A stretch of 64,000 nt of DNA, taken from positions 1 to 64,000 of the forward strand of contig JANRJP010000100.1 in the NCBI GenBank assembly GCA_033763905.1, given 5' to 3'. Position numbers and translations under genes: made by a program. The notes below the pieces were generated by a model. It had not been told where the DNA came from. It did not search any database and saw nothing but the letters and a program-made list of their open reading frames with translations. Below are positions 1 to 10,107 of the stretch, piece after piece. Origin of the DNA: Gemmatimonadaceae bacterium. Lineage in GTDB: Bacteria > Gemmatimonadota > Gemmatimonadetes > Gemmatimonadales > Gemmatimonadaceae. The first letter of the stretch is position 1. Every line of letters begins with the position of its first letter.

Positions 1-1
1 G

Positions 2-640
2 TCGCAGCGGGTCGCGAAGTGGCAGGGCGATCAGAAGGAAGAGCTGTACGCGATGCAGCAGCAGCTGCTCACGATTCAAGAGCTCACCGGCTTGAGTCAG
101 CGTCGCTTGCTCGAACTGCGGGCCAATCTCGAGGAGCGCGCCCAGGATGCCGCGTCGACGAGTCCGCCGGTCGCCGCGGCGACGCCGCCCGTTGCGCCCA
201 GCGGCACGCCAGCATCCGGCGTCGCCACGCCGGCGGCAGGCGCCGGCGCCGCGCCCACTGCCGGCCCGGGCCCGAACCAGTTGCTGCAATTGTCGCTCGA
301 TCAATTGCGCCGCGGCAGCGCGGGCTCAGCCCGGGCGGGGTTCCAGGATCTCTTGGCGCAGTATCCCAAGTCGGACATCGCGCCCTTGGCCCAGTTCTAC
401 GTGGCCGAGACCTTCGCGCAGGAAGGCAAGGCGGCGCCTGCGGATTCGGTGTACCTGCTCGTGGTCCAGCGATATCCGACGTCGGAGAAGGCGGCAACGG
501 CGCTGTACAAGCACGGCCTGCATCTGCTGGCCACCGGCAAGCGGGTGGAAGCGCGCGCGGTGTTCGCAGATGTCGTCAAGCGCTTCCCGCGCTCGGACGA
601 AGCGGTGCTCGCGGCGGCGCGCGCCAAGGATGGTGGCTGA
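2..640 (+). CDS. cpoB: Tol-Pal associated protein CpoB/YbgF (5' end lies before the window)
   Basis: Frame is open from base 2. Coiled-coil segment, Pro/Ala linker, then TPRs (AQFYVAETF, YPTSEKAATALYKHG, FPRSDEA) typical of the YbgF C-terminus. Confidence 0.8.
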   Translation, partial: SQRVAKWQGDQKEELYAMQQQLLTIQELTGLSQRRLLELRANLEERAQDAASTSPPVAAATPPVAPSGTPASGVATPAAGAGAAPTAGPGPNQLLQLSLDQLRRGSAGSARAGFQDLLAQYPKSDIAPLAQFYVAETFAQEGKAAPADSVYLLVVQRYPTSEKAATALYKHGLHLLATGKRVEARAVFADVVKRFPRSDEAVLAAARAKDGG

Positions 641-643
641 GCC

Positions 644-1414
644 GTGAGTGGAACGAAGGGGGCGGCGGAGATGCCGTTTCTCGAGCATCTCGAGGAACTG
701 CGCTGGCGGCTCGTGTGGTGTCTTGCGGCGCTGTTCGTCGGCGTGCTGATCGGCTTCGTCCTCGTGCTCAAGTTCGACGCGATCGCGATCCTGCAGCAGC
801 CCATTGCGCCCTACCTCGGCGGCAACAAGCTGGTCTACACGAAGCCCGGCGACACGTTCGACATCGTGCTCAACGTGTCGCTGGCGACCGGCGTCGTGTT
901 GGCCTTGCCGGTGATCGTCTGGCAGATCTGGGCGTTCCTCGCGCCGGCGCTCTTCGCGCACGAGCGCAAAGTGATCATCCCGGTGCTGTTCGGTGCCATT
1001 CTGCTCTTCGCTGCCGGTGCGGCGATGGCCTGGTGGGTCGTGGTGCCCTTGGCGCTCAGCTTCCTGACCGGCTTCCAGAGCGCGTCGCTGCAGCCGATGA
1101 TCACCGCGGACGGCTACTTCTCGTTCGTCACCTCGTTGGTCCTCGCGTTCGGCTTGGCCTTCGAGTTGCCGATCGTGCTGCTGGCGTTGTCGCTCTTCGG
1201 TGTGGTCAACGCCCGGATGTTGGCGAAGGGCCGGCGGTTCGCGCTGGTCGGCAGCGTGATTGCGGCGTCGGTGCTGACGCCCGGCGATCTCGTCACGACC
1301 ACGCTCGCGATGGCGCTGCCCCTGTACGGGCTCTACGAGATCAGTATCGGTCTCGCGTGGCTGATTGACCGTCGCCGCGCGCGGCAGAACGACATCGCCG
1401 GAGCGATCGCGTGA
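644..1414 (+). CDS. tatC: Twin-arginine translocase subunit TatC
   Basis: MPFLEHLEELRWRL N-terminal motif, WAFLAPAL, FELP, LTPGD, LYEISI; six hydrophobic segments. Confidence 0.97.
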   Translation: MSGTKGAAEMPFLEHLEELRWRLVWCLAALFVGVLIGFVLVLKFDAIAILQQPIAPYLGGNKLVYTKPGDTFDIVLNVSLATGVVLALPVIVWQIWAFLAPALFAHERKVIIPVLFGAILLFAAGAAMAWWVVVPLALSFLTGFQSASLQPMITADGYFSFVTSLVLAFGLAFELPIVLLALSLFGVVNARMLAKGRRFALVGSVIAASVLTPGDLVTTTLAMALPLYGLYEISIGLAWLIDRRRARQNDIAGAIA

Positions 1415-4400
1415 TTCGGCGCGCGGCGCGCGCCGCCGTGGCGCTCGCTGCGGTGTCAGTGGCCGCGTGGGTGTTGACGCCGCGTCAAGCCGGCGCACAG
1501 GTCCCGACGCGGCGCCCGACACCGGCGCGTCCGGCGCGCGACTCGCAGACCGTCATGCGCGATACGGTGCGCGCGGGGGCGCGACGCGACTCCACCGGCA
1601 CCGCGCGCGATACGGCCCGCGCCCGTGGCGACTCGGTGCGCGCCACGGGAGACAGCAGCCGAGGGCCGCGGACGCTCATTACGTGGCGGGAGACCGACTC
1701 GGTGATGACCGCCTTGGCGGCACGGAAGGGCTTTCGCGTCACGCGGTATCAGGGGGACACGGTCATTTTCCGCACGCAGGAGCATACGCTGCAGCTCGGC
1801 GGCAAGCCGTCGGGGGTGCAGCGCGACGAGACCGTGCTGGTGGGCACGCGGATTCTCTTCAACGACTCCACGCAGATCCTGCAGGCGCGCGGCGACACCG
1901 TGATCCTGCGAGACCCGCAGCGGTCCACGGAGGATCTCGTCGCCAGCGGCACGATCAAGTTCTCGATCCCCGAGTCGCGCGGCGTCGTCACGAACCTGAC
2001 GACCCGGATCGAGAACAACGGCAATATGTGGACGCTCTTCGGGCACGAAGCGGCGGTGCAGAATTACGAGGACTCCACCGCCCTCGCGGCGGGTGACACC
2101 GCGGGCGCCAAGCGCTCGGCGTTCTACGCGCACGGTGGCATCATCACCAGCTGCGACGAGACCGAACCGCATTTCCACTTCTCGACCGCCGAGCTCAAGG
2201 TCGTGTCGAATCGCGTGATGGTCGGACGACCGGCGGTGTTGTACATCGGCGAAGTGCCGATCGCGTGGATTCCGTTCTTCTTCCAGGATATGCGGAAGGG
2301 ACGGCGCAGCGGCCTGCTCACCCCACGATTCGGCTTCAGCGAGTTCATTCGTCAGGGGGCGGGCTACCGCCGGACCCTCGAGAACTTCGGGTGGTATTTC
2401 AATCTCGGCGACTACTTCGACGCGCAGGTCGCCCTCGACTGGCGGTCGTCGGCCAACAGCACCAATGGCGGCCCGGGGTGGACGACCCTCCGCGGCGGCC
2501 TGCGCTATTCCTGGTTCTCCCGGTTCATCGACGGCTCGATCGGGCTGCAGCAGCAGACGCTGTCCGACGGCAGTGGCCAGCGCTCGATTGCGTGGACGCA
2601 CTCGCAGCGCTTCAACCAGAAGTCGTCGTTCAACGTCAATTGGCGTTACAGCTCGAACACGCAGGTGTTGCGCAATACCACGTTCGATCCGCGCGTGGCG
2701 CTGGGCCTTATCGCGAGCCAAGCCAACTACACGAATGCCTTCGGGCCGGTCTCCCTGAGCCTCGGTGGGACGCAGACGCAGTATCCCGGCCGACCGCAGC
2801 TGGATCGCACCTTCCCGACGTTGAGTCTCACCAGTCGCCCGGTCACGCTGATCGACTCGGTCACGTGGACCCCGGCGTTCCAGGTGAGTACGTCGCAGTC
2901 GCTCAATGCCCCGGGCGGAGAGTTCCCGTGGCGATACACGCGCAATGCGGCCGGCGCCGCCGACTCGGTGCCCGGGTTCCAGAACACGCGCAACACCACC
3001 GGGTCGTTCGACACGCCGATCAAGATCTACAACTTCGTGTGGCGGAACTCGTTCCGCTTCGGTGATCAGTTGCGCGACTACGCGCAGACCCTGCAGTACC
3101 GAGGCGTCCGCGATACCTCGATCAACTTCACACGCACGGTCGCGCAGTATTTCGAGACCACACTCGATTGGGACACCGGCATCAACCTGCCGCAGTTCGC
3201 CCGCGGGACGTGGAACATCACCCCGAGCATCTCGCTGGCCAATGTGGACGGCGGCGCCTTCGCCGTGCGGACGACGCGCAGCAACGGGGCGTGGGTCCGG
3301 CAAAACAAGCGCTTGCTCTACGGCCTGTCGGTGGCGCCGACGCTCTTTGGCATCTTCCCGGGATTCGGCCCGGTCAGCCGCATCCGCCACTCGCTCAACC
3401 CGACCCTGAGTTTCACCTACGCGCCGGCGGCCGACATCTCGGACGAGTACCTCGAGGCCGTGGGCCGGACCCGCGTGGGCGACCGTGCCTCGATTCAGCA
3501 GTCGGCGATCAACTTGGGCGTCTCGCAGAACATCGAAATCAAGCTCCGGGGGGCGGTCGACAGCACGGGCCTCGAGGCGGACGGCAAGAAGGTGCGGCTC
3601 CTCTCGCTGCAGACATCGTCCTTCGCGTACAACTACGAGCTGTACCGGGTGCGCAAGCGTGACGCGGCAGCGGCCGGTCTGCCCGCGCCATCGTGGGTGC
3701 GCGGTCTCGAGACCAACGCCTTCAACTTCACGCTGCGGTCAGACCTGCTGCCGGGCTTCGACCTCGGGATGAACTGGTCGCTGTTCCAAGGCGACGTGCG
3801 CAACGATACGGCTACGTTCTCGCCCTACCGTGATCAGGTCCGGTTCAGCTTGTCGCTGGATCCGTCGAATCCCATCGTCGGCATCGCACGCCGGTGGCTG
3901 GGCTTGGGCCCGGCGAGTGCGGCCGGTAACGCCGAGGCCGCGCCGCGGCAGCAGATGCCGCAACAGGCGGACGCCTTCAGCGGCCGGGCGGGGATGGGGC
4001 CCGCGACGCCCGCCCAGCAGCTCATTCCGAGTGGTCAGGGATGGCGCGCCTCGGTGTCGTTCTCGTCGAACCGGACGCGGCCAGTCCGTGGCGGGCCGAC
4101 GGTGCCGGTGATCGATCCGCGACAGGCCTGCCGCATCTTCCTGCCGAACGTCTTCGCGTACGACCAATGCGTGACCAATCCGGCCACCTTGGCCACGACG
4201 CTGCCGCCGGCATCGACCAGCGTCGGCTTCGTGCAGCCGCAGCAGCCGCCGGTGACGAACGCGACGTGGAATATGGGCTTCAACCTCACGCCCAAGTGGT
4301 CGGCGCAGTGGAACACGAGCTATGACTTCGTCGCCAAGCAGTTCGCGCAGCAGGTGGTCACCTTCCAGCGGGAGCTGCACGACTGGCGCGCGAACTTCTC

Positions 4401-4512
4401 GTTCACGCAGGGGCCGAACGGCAACGTGTTCTTCAACTTCCTGATCTCGCTCAAGTCGGAACCAAACCTCAAGTTCAACTACGACCGCCGGACGCAGGGG
4501 AGTACGTTCTGA
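1411..4512 (+). CDS. lptD: LPS-assembly outer-membrane protein, LptD family
   Basis: 1033 aa with signal peptide; TSCDETEPHFHF, RSGLLTP and C-terminal QRELHDWRANF motifs; beta-strand rich; GTGA overlap with tatC. Confidence 0.8.
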   Translation: MIRRAARAAVALAAVSVAAWVLTPRQAGAQVPTRRPTPARPARDSQTVMRDTVRAGARRDSTGTARDTARARGDSVRATGDSSRGPRTLITWRETDSVMTALAARKGFRVTRYQGDTVIFRTQEHTLQLGGKPSGVQRDETVLVGTRILFNDSTQILQARGDTVILRDPQRSTEDLVASGTIKFSIPESRGVVTNLTTRIENNGNMWTLFGHEAAVQNYEDSTALAAGDTAGAKRSAFYAHGGIITSCDETEPHFHFSTAELKVVSNRVMVGRPAVLYIGEVPIAWIPFFFQDMRKGRRSGLLTPRFGFSEFIRQGAGYRRTLENFGWYFNLGDYFDAQVALDWRSSANSTNGGPGWTTLRGGLRYSWFSRFIDGSIGLQQQTLSDGSGQRSIAWTHSQRFNQKSSFNVNWRYSSNTQVLRNTTFDPRVALGLIASQANYTNAFGPVSLSLGGTQTQYPGRPQLDRTFPTLSLTSRPVTLIDSVTWTPAFQVSTSQSLNAPGGEFPWRYTRNAAGAADSVPGFQNTRNTTGSFDTPIKIYNFVWRNSFRFGDQLRDYAQTLQYRGVRDTSINFTRTVAQYFETTLDWDTGINLPQFARGTWNITPSISLANVDGGAFAVRTTRSNGAWVRQNKRLLYGLSVAPTLFGIFPGFGPVSRIRHSLNPTLSFTYAPAADISDEYLEAVGRTRVGDRASIQQSAINLGVSQNIEIKLRGAVDSTGLEADGKKVRLLSLQTSSFAYNYELYRVRKRDAAAAGLPAPSWVRGLETNAFNFTLRSDLLPGFDLGMNWSLFQGDVRNDTATFSPYRDQVRFSLSLDPSNPIVGIARRWLGLGPASAAGNAEAAPRQQMPQQADAFSGRAGMGPATPAQQLIPSGQGWRASVSFSSNRTRPVRGGPTVPVIDPRQACRIFLPNVFAYDQCVTNPATLATTLPPASTSVGFVQPQQPPVTNATWNMGFNLTPKWSAQWNTSYDFVAKQFAQQVVTFQRELHDWRANFSFTQGPNGNVFFNFLISLKSEPNLKFNYDRRTQGSTF

Positions 4513-4513
4513 G

Positions 4514-6046
4514 ATGAGCCGTTCCGTTTCGCCCGTCATCATCGACGGCCGCACCTTGTCGCTCGCCGATGTCGTGGCCGTCGCCGACCATCGTGCGCCC
4601 GTGCGGTTGGCGCCGGCGGCCGCCGCGCGGATGCGCCAGATGCGCCGTATCGTCGATGACGTCGTCGCGCGGCAGGCGGTCGCCTACGGGATCACCACCG
4701 GCTTCGGCAAGTTGAGCGATGTCGCGATTCCGCCGGACCGCTTGGCGGAGTTGCAGGTGAATCTCGTTCGGTCGCACGCGGCCGGGGTGGGCGCGCCACT
4801 CCCGGAACGCGAAGTGCGCGCGATGATGCTGCTGCGCGCCAACGTCCTCGCGACGGGGCACGGCGGTGCGCGGCCGGAACTCGTCGAGTTGCTCGCGGCG
4901 ATGCTCAACGCCGGCCTGTGGCCTCGGGTCCCGGAGCAGGGCAGTGTTGGCGCGTCGGGTGATCTTGCGCCGCTGGCGCATCTGGCCTGCACGCTGATCG
5001 GCGAGGGGGAGCTGTCGCTCGATGGCCGCTTCGTGACCGGCGCCGAGGCGCTGGCGGCGCGAGGGCTCACGCCGGTCGTCCTGGGTCCGAAGGAGGGACT
5101 GACCCTCATCAACGGGACGCAGGCACATACCGGCGTGACCGCGCTCGCCCTGCACGAAGCGCGCGGACTGTGGCGGACGGCGCACGTCGCCTCGGCGATG
5201 ACGCTCGACGGCCTCCTCGGGACGCCGACGGCTTGGGATGCGCGAATTCACGAGGTGCGCGGGCAGGTGGGGCAACAGGATTCCGCGGTGCTCCTGCGTG
5301 CGCTGAGCGAGGGCAGTGCCATCCGCGAGTCCCACCGCGAAGGCGACAGCCGCGTGCAGGATGCCTACGCCCTGCGGTGCATTCCGCAGGTCCACGGCCC
5401 GGTGCTCGATGCCCTGCGCTTCGCCGAGGGCATCGTCGGACGCGAACTGAACGCCGCGACCGACAATCCGCTCGTCTTCGACGACGGCACGCTGATCTCC
5501 GGCGGCAATTTCCACGGCCAGGCGGTCGCCATGGCGGCCGACCTGCTGGCGATCGTGCTGACGAATCTGGCGAACATCGCCGAGCGGCGGGTCGATCGGT
5601 TGGTGCATCCCGATCTCAATCAGGGGCTGCCGCCCTTCCTGTCGCCTGACGCCGGCGCCCACAGCGGCTTGATGATGGCGCAGGTCACGGCGGCCGCGCT
5701 GACGAGCGAGTGCAAGACGCTCAGTCATCCGGCCAGCGTCGACACCATCCCCACCGACGGCTCGAAGGAGGACGTCGTGCCGATGGCGATGGGCGCCGCG
5801 CTCAAGCTCCGGCGCGTGGTGCAGAACGTGCGCTACGTGCTCGCGATCGAGTTGCTGTGCGCGGCGCAGGCGCTGGACTTCCGCGCGCCACTCACGCCCT
5901 CACCGCTGGTCGCCGAGGCGCATCGGCGCATTCGGTCGCGCGTCGCACCGTTGGGGCGCGATCGCGCGCCCTCCGCGGACATTGCCGCGGTGGCCGAGTT
6001 GATCGCGGCCGGCGCGTTCGCCGATCTTGGTCCTTCCACCGCGTGA
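4514..6046 (+). CDS. hutH: Histidine ammonia-lyase
   Basis: [19 protein letters not shown] (His-specific SH), MIO-forming [23 protein letters not shown]. Confidence 0.97.
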   Translation: MSRSVSPVIIDGRTLSLADVVAVADHRAPVRLAPAAAARMRQMRRIVDDVVARQAVAYGITTGFGKLSDVAIPPDRLAELQVNLVRSHAAGVGAPLPEREVRAMMLLRANVLATGHGGARPELVELLAAMLNAGLWPRVPEQGSVGASGDLAPLAHLACTLIGEGELSLDGRFVTGAEALAARGLTPVVLGPKEGLTLINGTQAHTGVTALALHEARGLWRTAHVASAMTLDGLLGTPTAWDARIHEVRGQVGQQDSAVLLRALSEGSAIRESHREGDSRVQDAYALRCIPQVHGPVLDALRFAEGIVGRELNAATDNPLVFDDGTLISGGNFHGQAVAMAADLLAIVLTNLANIAERRVDRLVHPDLNQGLPPFLSPDAGAHSGLMMAQVTAAALTSECKTLSHPASVDTIPTDGSKEDVVPMAMGAALKLRRVVQNVRYVLAIELLCAAQALDFRAPLTPSPLVAEAHRRIRSRVAPLGRDRAPSADIAAVAELIAAGAFADLGPSTA

Positions 6047-6059
6047 TGCGGAGTCGTCA

Positions 6060-7736
6060 ATGACCGCCATCGAATCGCCGATCACCGGCGCCCGCCCCGT
6101 CCGCGCGCCACGCGGCACCACGCTGAGCTGCAAGGGCTGGCCGCAGGAGGCCGCGCTCCGAATGTTGATGAACAACCTCGACCCCGAGGTGGCAGAGCGT
6201 CCCGATGATCTCGTGGTGTATGGCGGCACCGGCCGCGCCGCGCGGTCGTGGGAGGCCTTCGATGCCATCGTCGAGACCCTGCGCACGCTCGACGACGACC
6301 AAACGCTGCTGGTGCAGAGCGGCAAGCCCGTCGCGGTCTTTCGGACGCACCGGGATGCGCCCCGCGTGCTGATCGCGAATAGCAATCTGGTGGGCCGCTT
6401 CTCGACCTGGGACGAGTTTCGGCGGCTCGAGGCCTTGGGGCTCACGATGTACGGTCAGATGACGGCCGGCTCGTGGATCTACATCGGGACACAGGGCATT
6501 CTGCAGGGGACGTTCGAGACCTTCGCGGCGGTGGCGCGCACGCATTTCGGCGGCGATCTCGCGGGCCGACTCGTCGTCAGCGCCGGATTGGGCGGGATGG
6601 GCGGCGCGCAGCCGCTCGCCGCGACGATGAACGGGTCGGTGTTCCTCGGCATCGATGTCGATCCCGCGCGTATCGCCAAGCGACTGGCCACCGGCTACTG
6701 CGATGTGCTGGCGAGGGATCTCGACGATGCGCTCGCGCAGGTGGCCACCGCGCGCGCCGCGCGGCGGGCGGTGAGCATTGCGCTGGTCGGCAACGCGGCG
6801 GAGGTACTTCCCGCCTTGCTCCAGCGCGGCGTGGTGCCCGATGTGCTCACCGACCAGACCAGCGCCCACGATATGCTTGCGGGCTACGTGCCCGACGGAA
6901 TGTCGCTCGACGCCGCCGTGGCGCTGCGCCTCGCGGATCCCGCGGAGTACGTGCGCCGCAGCACGGCCACTGCGGTGCGCCACGTGGAGGCGATGCTCGC
7001 GCTCAAGGCGCGTGGCGCGATCACCTTCGACTACGGCAACAACATTCGCACGGTGGCGAAGGATGCTGGTCTCGCCGCGGCGTTCGAGATCCCGGGCTTT
7101 GTGCCCGAGTACATCCGCCCGTTGTTCTGCGAGGGCAAAGGCCCGTTCCGGTGGGTGGCGCTCTCGGGCGATCCCGCCGATATCGCTCGGACCGATGATC
7201 TGGTCCTCGAACTGTTTCCCGAGGATGCCCATCTGGCGCGCTGGATCGCGATGGCTCGCGAGAAGGTCCACTTCCAGGGATTGCCCGCGCGCATCTGCTG
7301 GCTGGGGCAGGGGGCGCGTGCCCGCTTCGGGCTCGCGATGAACGAGCTCGTGCGGCGCGGCGAGCTCCGTGCGCCAATCGTCATCGGCCGCGATCACCTC
7401 GACACCGGGAGCGTGGCCTCGCCGTTCCGCGAGACCGAAGCGATGCGCGACGGCTCGGATGCCATTGCCGATTGGGCGATTCTCAATGCGCTCGTGAACG
7501 TGGCCGGCGGCGCGACCTGGGTCAGTCTGCATCACGGCGGGGGCGTCGGCATCGGCAACTCACTGCACGCCGGGCAAGTGATCGTCGCGGATGGAACGCC
7601 GGAAGCCGCTCGCCGCCTTGAACGTGTGCTGACCAATGATCCCGGGATGGGCGTCGCTCGACACGCCGATGCCGGCTACGACCTCGCCATTCAGACGGCG
7701 CACCGCGAAGGGCTGCGGCTGCCGATGATCCCCTGA
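6060..7736 (+). CDS. hutU: Urocanate hydratase
   Basis: [43 protein letters not shown] motifs; ATG at 6060 preferred over the upstream ORF start. Confidence 0.98.
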   Translation: MTAIESPITGARPVRAPRGTTLSCKGWPQEAALRMLMNNLDPEVAERPDDLVVYGGTGRAARSWEAFDAIVETLRTLDDDQTLLVQSGKPVAVFRTHRDAPRVLIANSNLVGRFSTWDEFRRLEALGLTMYGQMTAGSWIYIGTQGILQGTFETFAAVARTHFGGDLAGRLVVSAGLGGMGGAQPLAATMNGSVFLGIDVDPARIAKRLATGYCDVLARDLDDALAQVATARAARRAVSIALVGNAAEVLPALLQRGVVPDVLTDQTSAHDMLAGYVPDGMSLDAAVALRLADPAEYVRRSTATAVRHVEAMLALKARGAITFDYGNNIRTVAKDAGLAAAFEIPGFVPEYIRPLFCEGKGPFRWVALSGDPADIARTDDLVLELFPEDAHLARWIAMAREKVHFQGLPARICWLGQGARARFGLAMNELVRRGELRAPIVIGRDHLDTGSVASPFRETEAMRDGSDAIADWAILNALVNVAGGATWVSLHHGGGVGIGNSLHAGQVIVADGTPEAARRLERVLTNDPGMGVARHADAGYDLAIQTAHREGLRLPMIP

Positions 7737-7739
7737 TTC

Positions 7740-8714
7740 GTGCTCTCTGCCAAGTACCGCCCGTATCACGTGCCGCTGTTTCTGGCGAAGTACGCGTGGC
7801 TCGGCCTCCGGAAGATGCCGGTGCTCGTGCACTTCGAAGTCACGCTGCGCTGCAACGCGCGCTGCAGCTTCTGCGACTACTGGAAGACCGACGCCAGCGC
7901 GAAGGCGACCGAGCTCACCTCGTTCACCGATGCGGCCAAGCGGTTCAATCCGATGCTCGTCACCTGGACCGGTGGTGAGCCGACCCTCCGCAAAGACCTC
8001 GAAGACCTCGTCGCCGGTGTCGATCGGGCGATCGACCTCAAGTACACCACGCTGATCACCCACGGCGCGATGCTCACGCCGGAACGGGCGCGGTCGCTGT
8101 GGCAGGCGGGGATCGATCAGTTCAACATCTCGCTCGACTATCTCGACGAGCGGCACGATCAGGCGCGGGGCATTCCCGGGCTGGTGCGGCGCATTCTCGA
8201 CACCACGGCGACGCTGCGGGAGCGCGGGGTGAACGTGCGCTTCAACACGGTCATCAAGAACGACAACCTCGATCAGTTGCTGCCGATCGTGCAGGAGGCA
8301 CAGCGCCTGCGGGCCGGCGTCAACTTCTCGGTGTACACCGATCTCAAGAACGGCAACGGAGCGCATCGGCTCGGTAGCGAGTCGCAGGCGGCGCTCGAAG
8401 CGGTGATCGCCGACTTGCTCGCCTTCAAGCGGCGGCGGCGTGGGGTGATCACTAACTCCGACTACTACCTCGAAACGATTCCGCAGTGGACGCGCGGGGC
8501 GATGCGCGAGCCGTGCCAGTCGGGCCTTCGGACGATTCACATCGATCCGGTGGGCCACGTGAAGCGCTGCCCCGATTTCCCCACCGATTTCCACTGGAAG
8601 GACTTCCGGCGCTACGAGCCGATTCGCTGCGACAAGTGCTACTACGCCTGTCGTGGCGAGGCGCAGGCGCCACTGCGTCCAAGTCGCGTGCTCGACGTTC
8701 TGGGTTCGGCCTAG
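7740..8714 (+). CDS. Radical SAM protein with C-terminal SPASM/twitch-like Cys cluster, function unknown
   Basis: CNARCSFC (CxxxCxxC), TGGEP, NISLD; C-terminal PCQSG...IDPVGHVKRC...CDKCYYAC. Confidence 0.9.
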   Translation: MLSAKYRPYHVPLFLAKYAWLGLRKMPVLVHFEVTLRCNARCSFCDYWKTDASAKATELTSFTDAAKRFNPMLVTWTGGEPTLRKDLEDLVAGVDRAIDLKYTTLITHGAMLTPERARSLWQAGIDQFNISLDYLDERHDQARGIPGLVRRILDTTATLRERGVNVRFNTVIKNDNLDQLLPIVQEAQRLRAGVNFSVYTDLKNGNGAHRLGSESQAALEAVIADLLAFKRRRRGVITNSDYYLETIPQWTRGAMREPCQSGLRTIHIDPVGHVKRCPDFPTDFHWKDFRRYEPIRCDKCYYACRGEAQAPLRPSRVLDVLGSA

Positions 8715-8716
8715 CC

Positions 8717-9994
8717 GTGGAGGGCGCGGCGCAGCTGTTCGTTGGGGCGACCCAGGTGGTCACCTGCGCCGGCGCTGCGGCGGCGCGACGCGGTCCCCAA
8801 GCGCCCGAGGCACTCGCGACGATTCCGGACGGCGCCGTGCTCGTGGTCGGCGAGCGCATCGCGGCGGTCGGGCCGCGCGCGGTGCTCGACGCGGCGCATC
8901 CGGATGCCCCGCGTGTCGTGCTCGATGGCGGCGTGTTGCTCCCCGGCTTCTGCGACTCGCATACGCACGCGCTGTTCGGTCGATCGCGCGCCGCCGAGCA
9001 GGAACTGCGCGCCGCTGGCGTGGACTATATGACCATCGCGGCGCAGGGCGGGGGCATTCACGCGTCCGTCCGCGATCTGCGCGCACACGACGAGGACCGA
9101 CTTGTTGCCCTGGCGCTCGCGCGGCTGTCCCGCCTCGCGGCACACGGCGTGACCACCGTCGAGGTCAAGTCGGGATACGGCTTGTCGGTCGACGACGAGC
9201 TCAAGTCGCTGCGGGCCATCCGCCGCGTCGCCGCGCTGGCGCCGATGCGGGTCATTCCCACGTTCCTCGGCGCGCACGAGATTCCGCTCGAGTATCGGGG
9301 ATCGGCCACCGCTCGCGAGGCGTGGTTGGCCCTGCTCGAACGCGAACTGCTGCCGATCGTGGCGGCGGACGGCCTGGCACGCTTCGCCGACGTGTTCTGC
9401 GAACCCGGGGTGTACACCGTTCCAGAATCGCGTCGCCTGCTTCGTGCGGCTTCGGCGCTCGGGCTCGCGCTCAAGCTCCACGCGGACGAACTCTCGCCCA
9501 GCGGTGGGGCCGAGCTGGCGGCCGAACTCGGCGCCGTGTCGGCCGATCATCTGGGGGCGGTGTCGGAGGATGGTATTCGGGCCTTGGCCCACGCGGGGAC
9601 AGTGGCGACGCTGCTCCCGCATACGCTGTTGTTTCTCGGGAAGACCAAGCAGGCCCCGGCGCGCGCACTGCTCGATGCCGGCGCTGCCGTTGCGGTGGCC
9701 ACCGACTTCAACCCCGGCACCTCGCCGACGACGAATTTCCCCTTGGTGCTCACGCTCGCCGTCAGTCAGCTGCGGCTGTCGGTGGCGGAAGCCGTGCTCG
9801 CGGGAACCGTCAATGGAGCGGCCGCGCTGGGGGTCGCCGGTGATCGCGGGCAATTGGCCCCCGGATTTCTCGCGGATTTCTCGTGGTTCGAGGTCGACGA
9901 CGTGCGCGAAATCCCGTACTGGAGCGGCGACCATCGCTGCCGCGGGACCTGGGTCGGCGGACGCGCCGCGTGGGTGCCGCCCGGCCTGAAATAG
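8717..9994 (+). CDS. hutI: Imidazolonepropionase
   Basis: PGFCDSHTH, EVKSGYGL, TFLGAHE, DVFCE, HADEL, ATDFNPGTSP; GTG start 2 nt after the radical SAM stop is inferred. Confidence 0.95.
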   Translation: MEGAAQLFVGATQVVTCAGAAAARRGPQAPEALATIPDGAVLVVGERIAAVGPRAVLDAAHPDAPRVVLDGGVLLPGFCDSHTHALFGRSRAAEQELRAAGVDYMTIAAQGGGIHASVRDLRAHDEDRLVALALARLSRLAAHGVTTVEVKSGYGLSVDDELKSLRAIRRVAALAPMRVIPTFLGAHEIPLEYRGSATAREAWLALLERELLPIVAADGLARFADVFCEPGVYTVPESRRLLRAASALGLALKLHADELSPSGGAELAAELGAVSADHLGAVSEDGIRALAHAGTVATLLPHTLLFLGKTKQAPARALLDAGAAVAVATDFNPGTSPTTNFPLVLTLAVSQLRLSVAEAVLAGTVNGAAALGVAGDRGQLAPGFLADFSWFEVDDVREIPYWSGDHRCRGTWVGGRAAWVPPGLK

Positions 9995-10107
9995 CAGGAA
10001 TCCCGATGGGTACTGTCGCTTTCCTTGTCGGCGCTCGGACAAGGGTCTAGCTTCCACAGGTTGATCTCCCCGGTACCACGCCGGGGGCATTTCGCCTTGT
10101 CCACGCT

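Noticed and set aside
10023..10044. Hairpin CCTTGTC/GACAAGG after hutI as a terminator
   Set aside because: Short 7-bp stem with no following U-tract; it adjoins a -10-like TAGCTT, so its role cannot be assigned.
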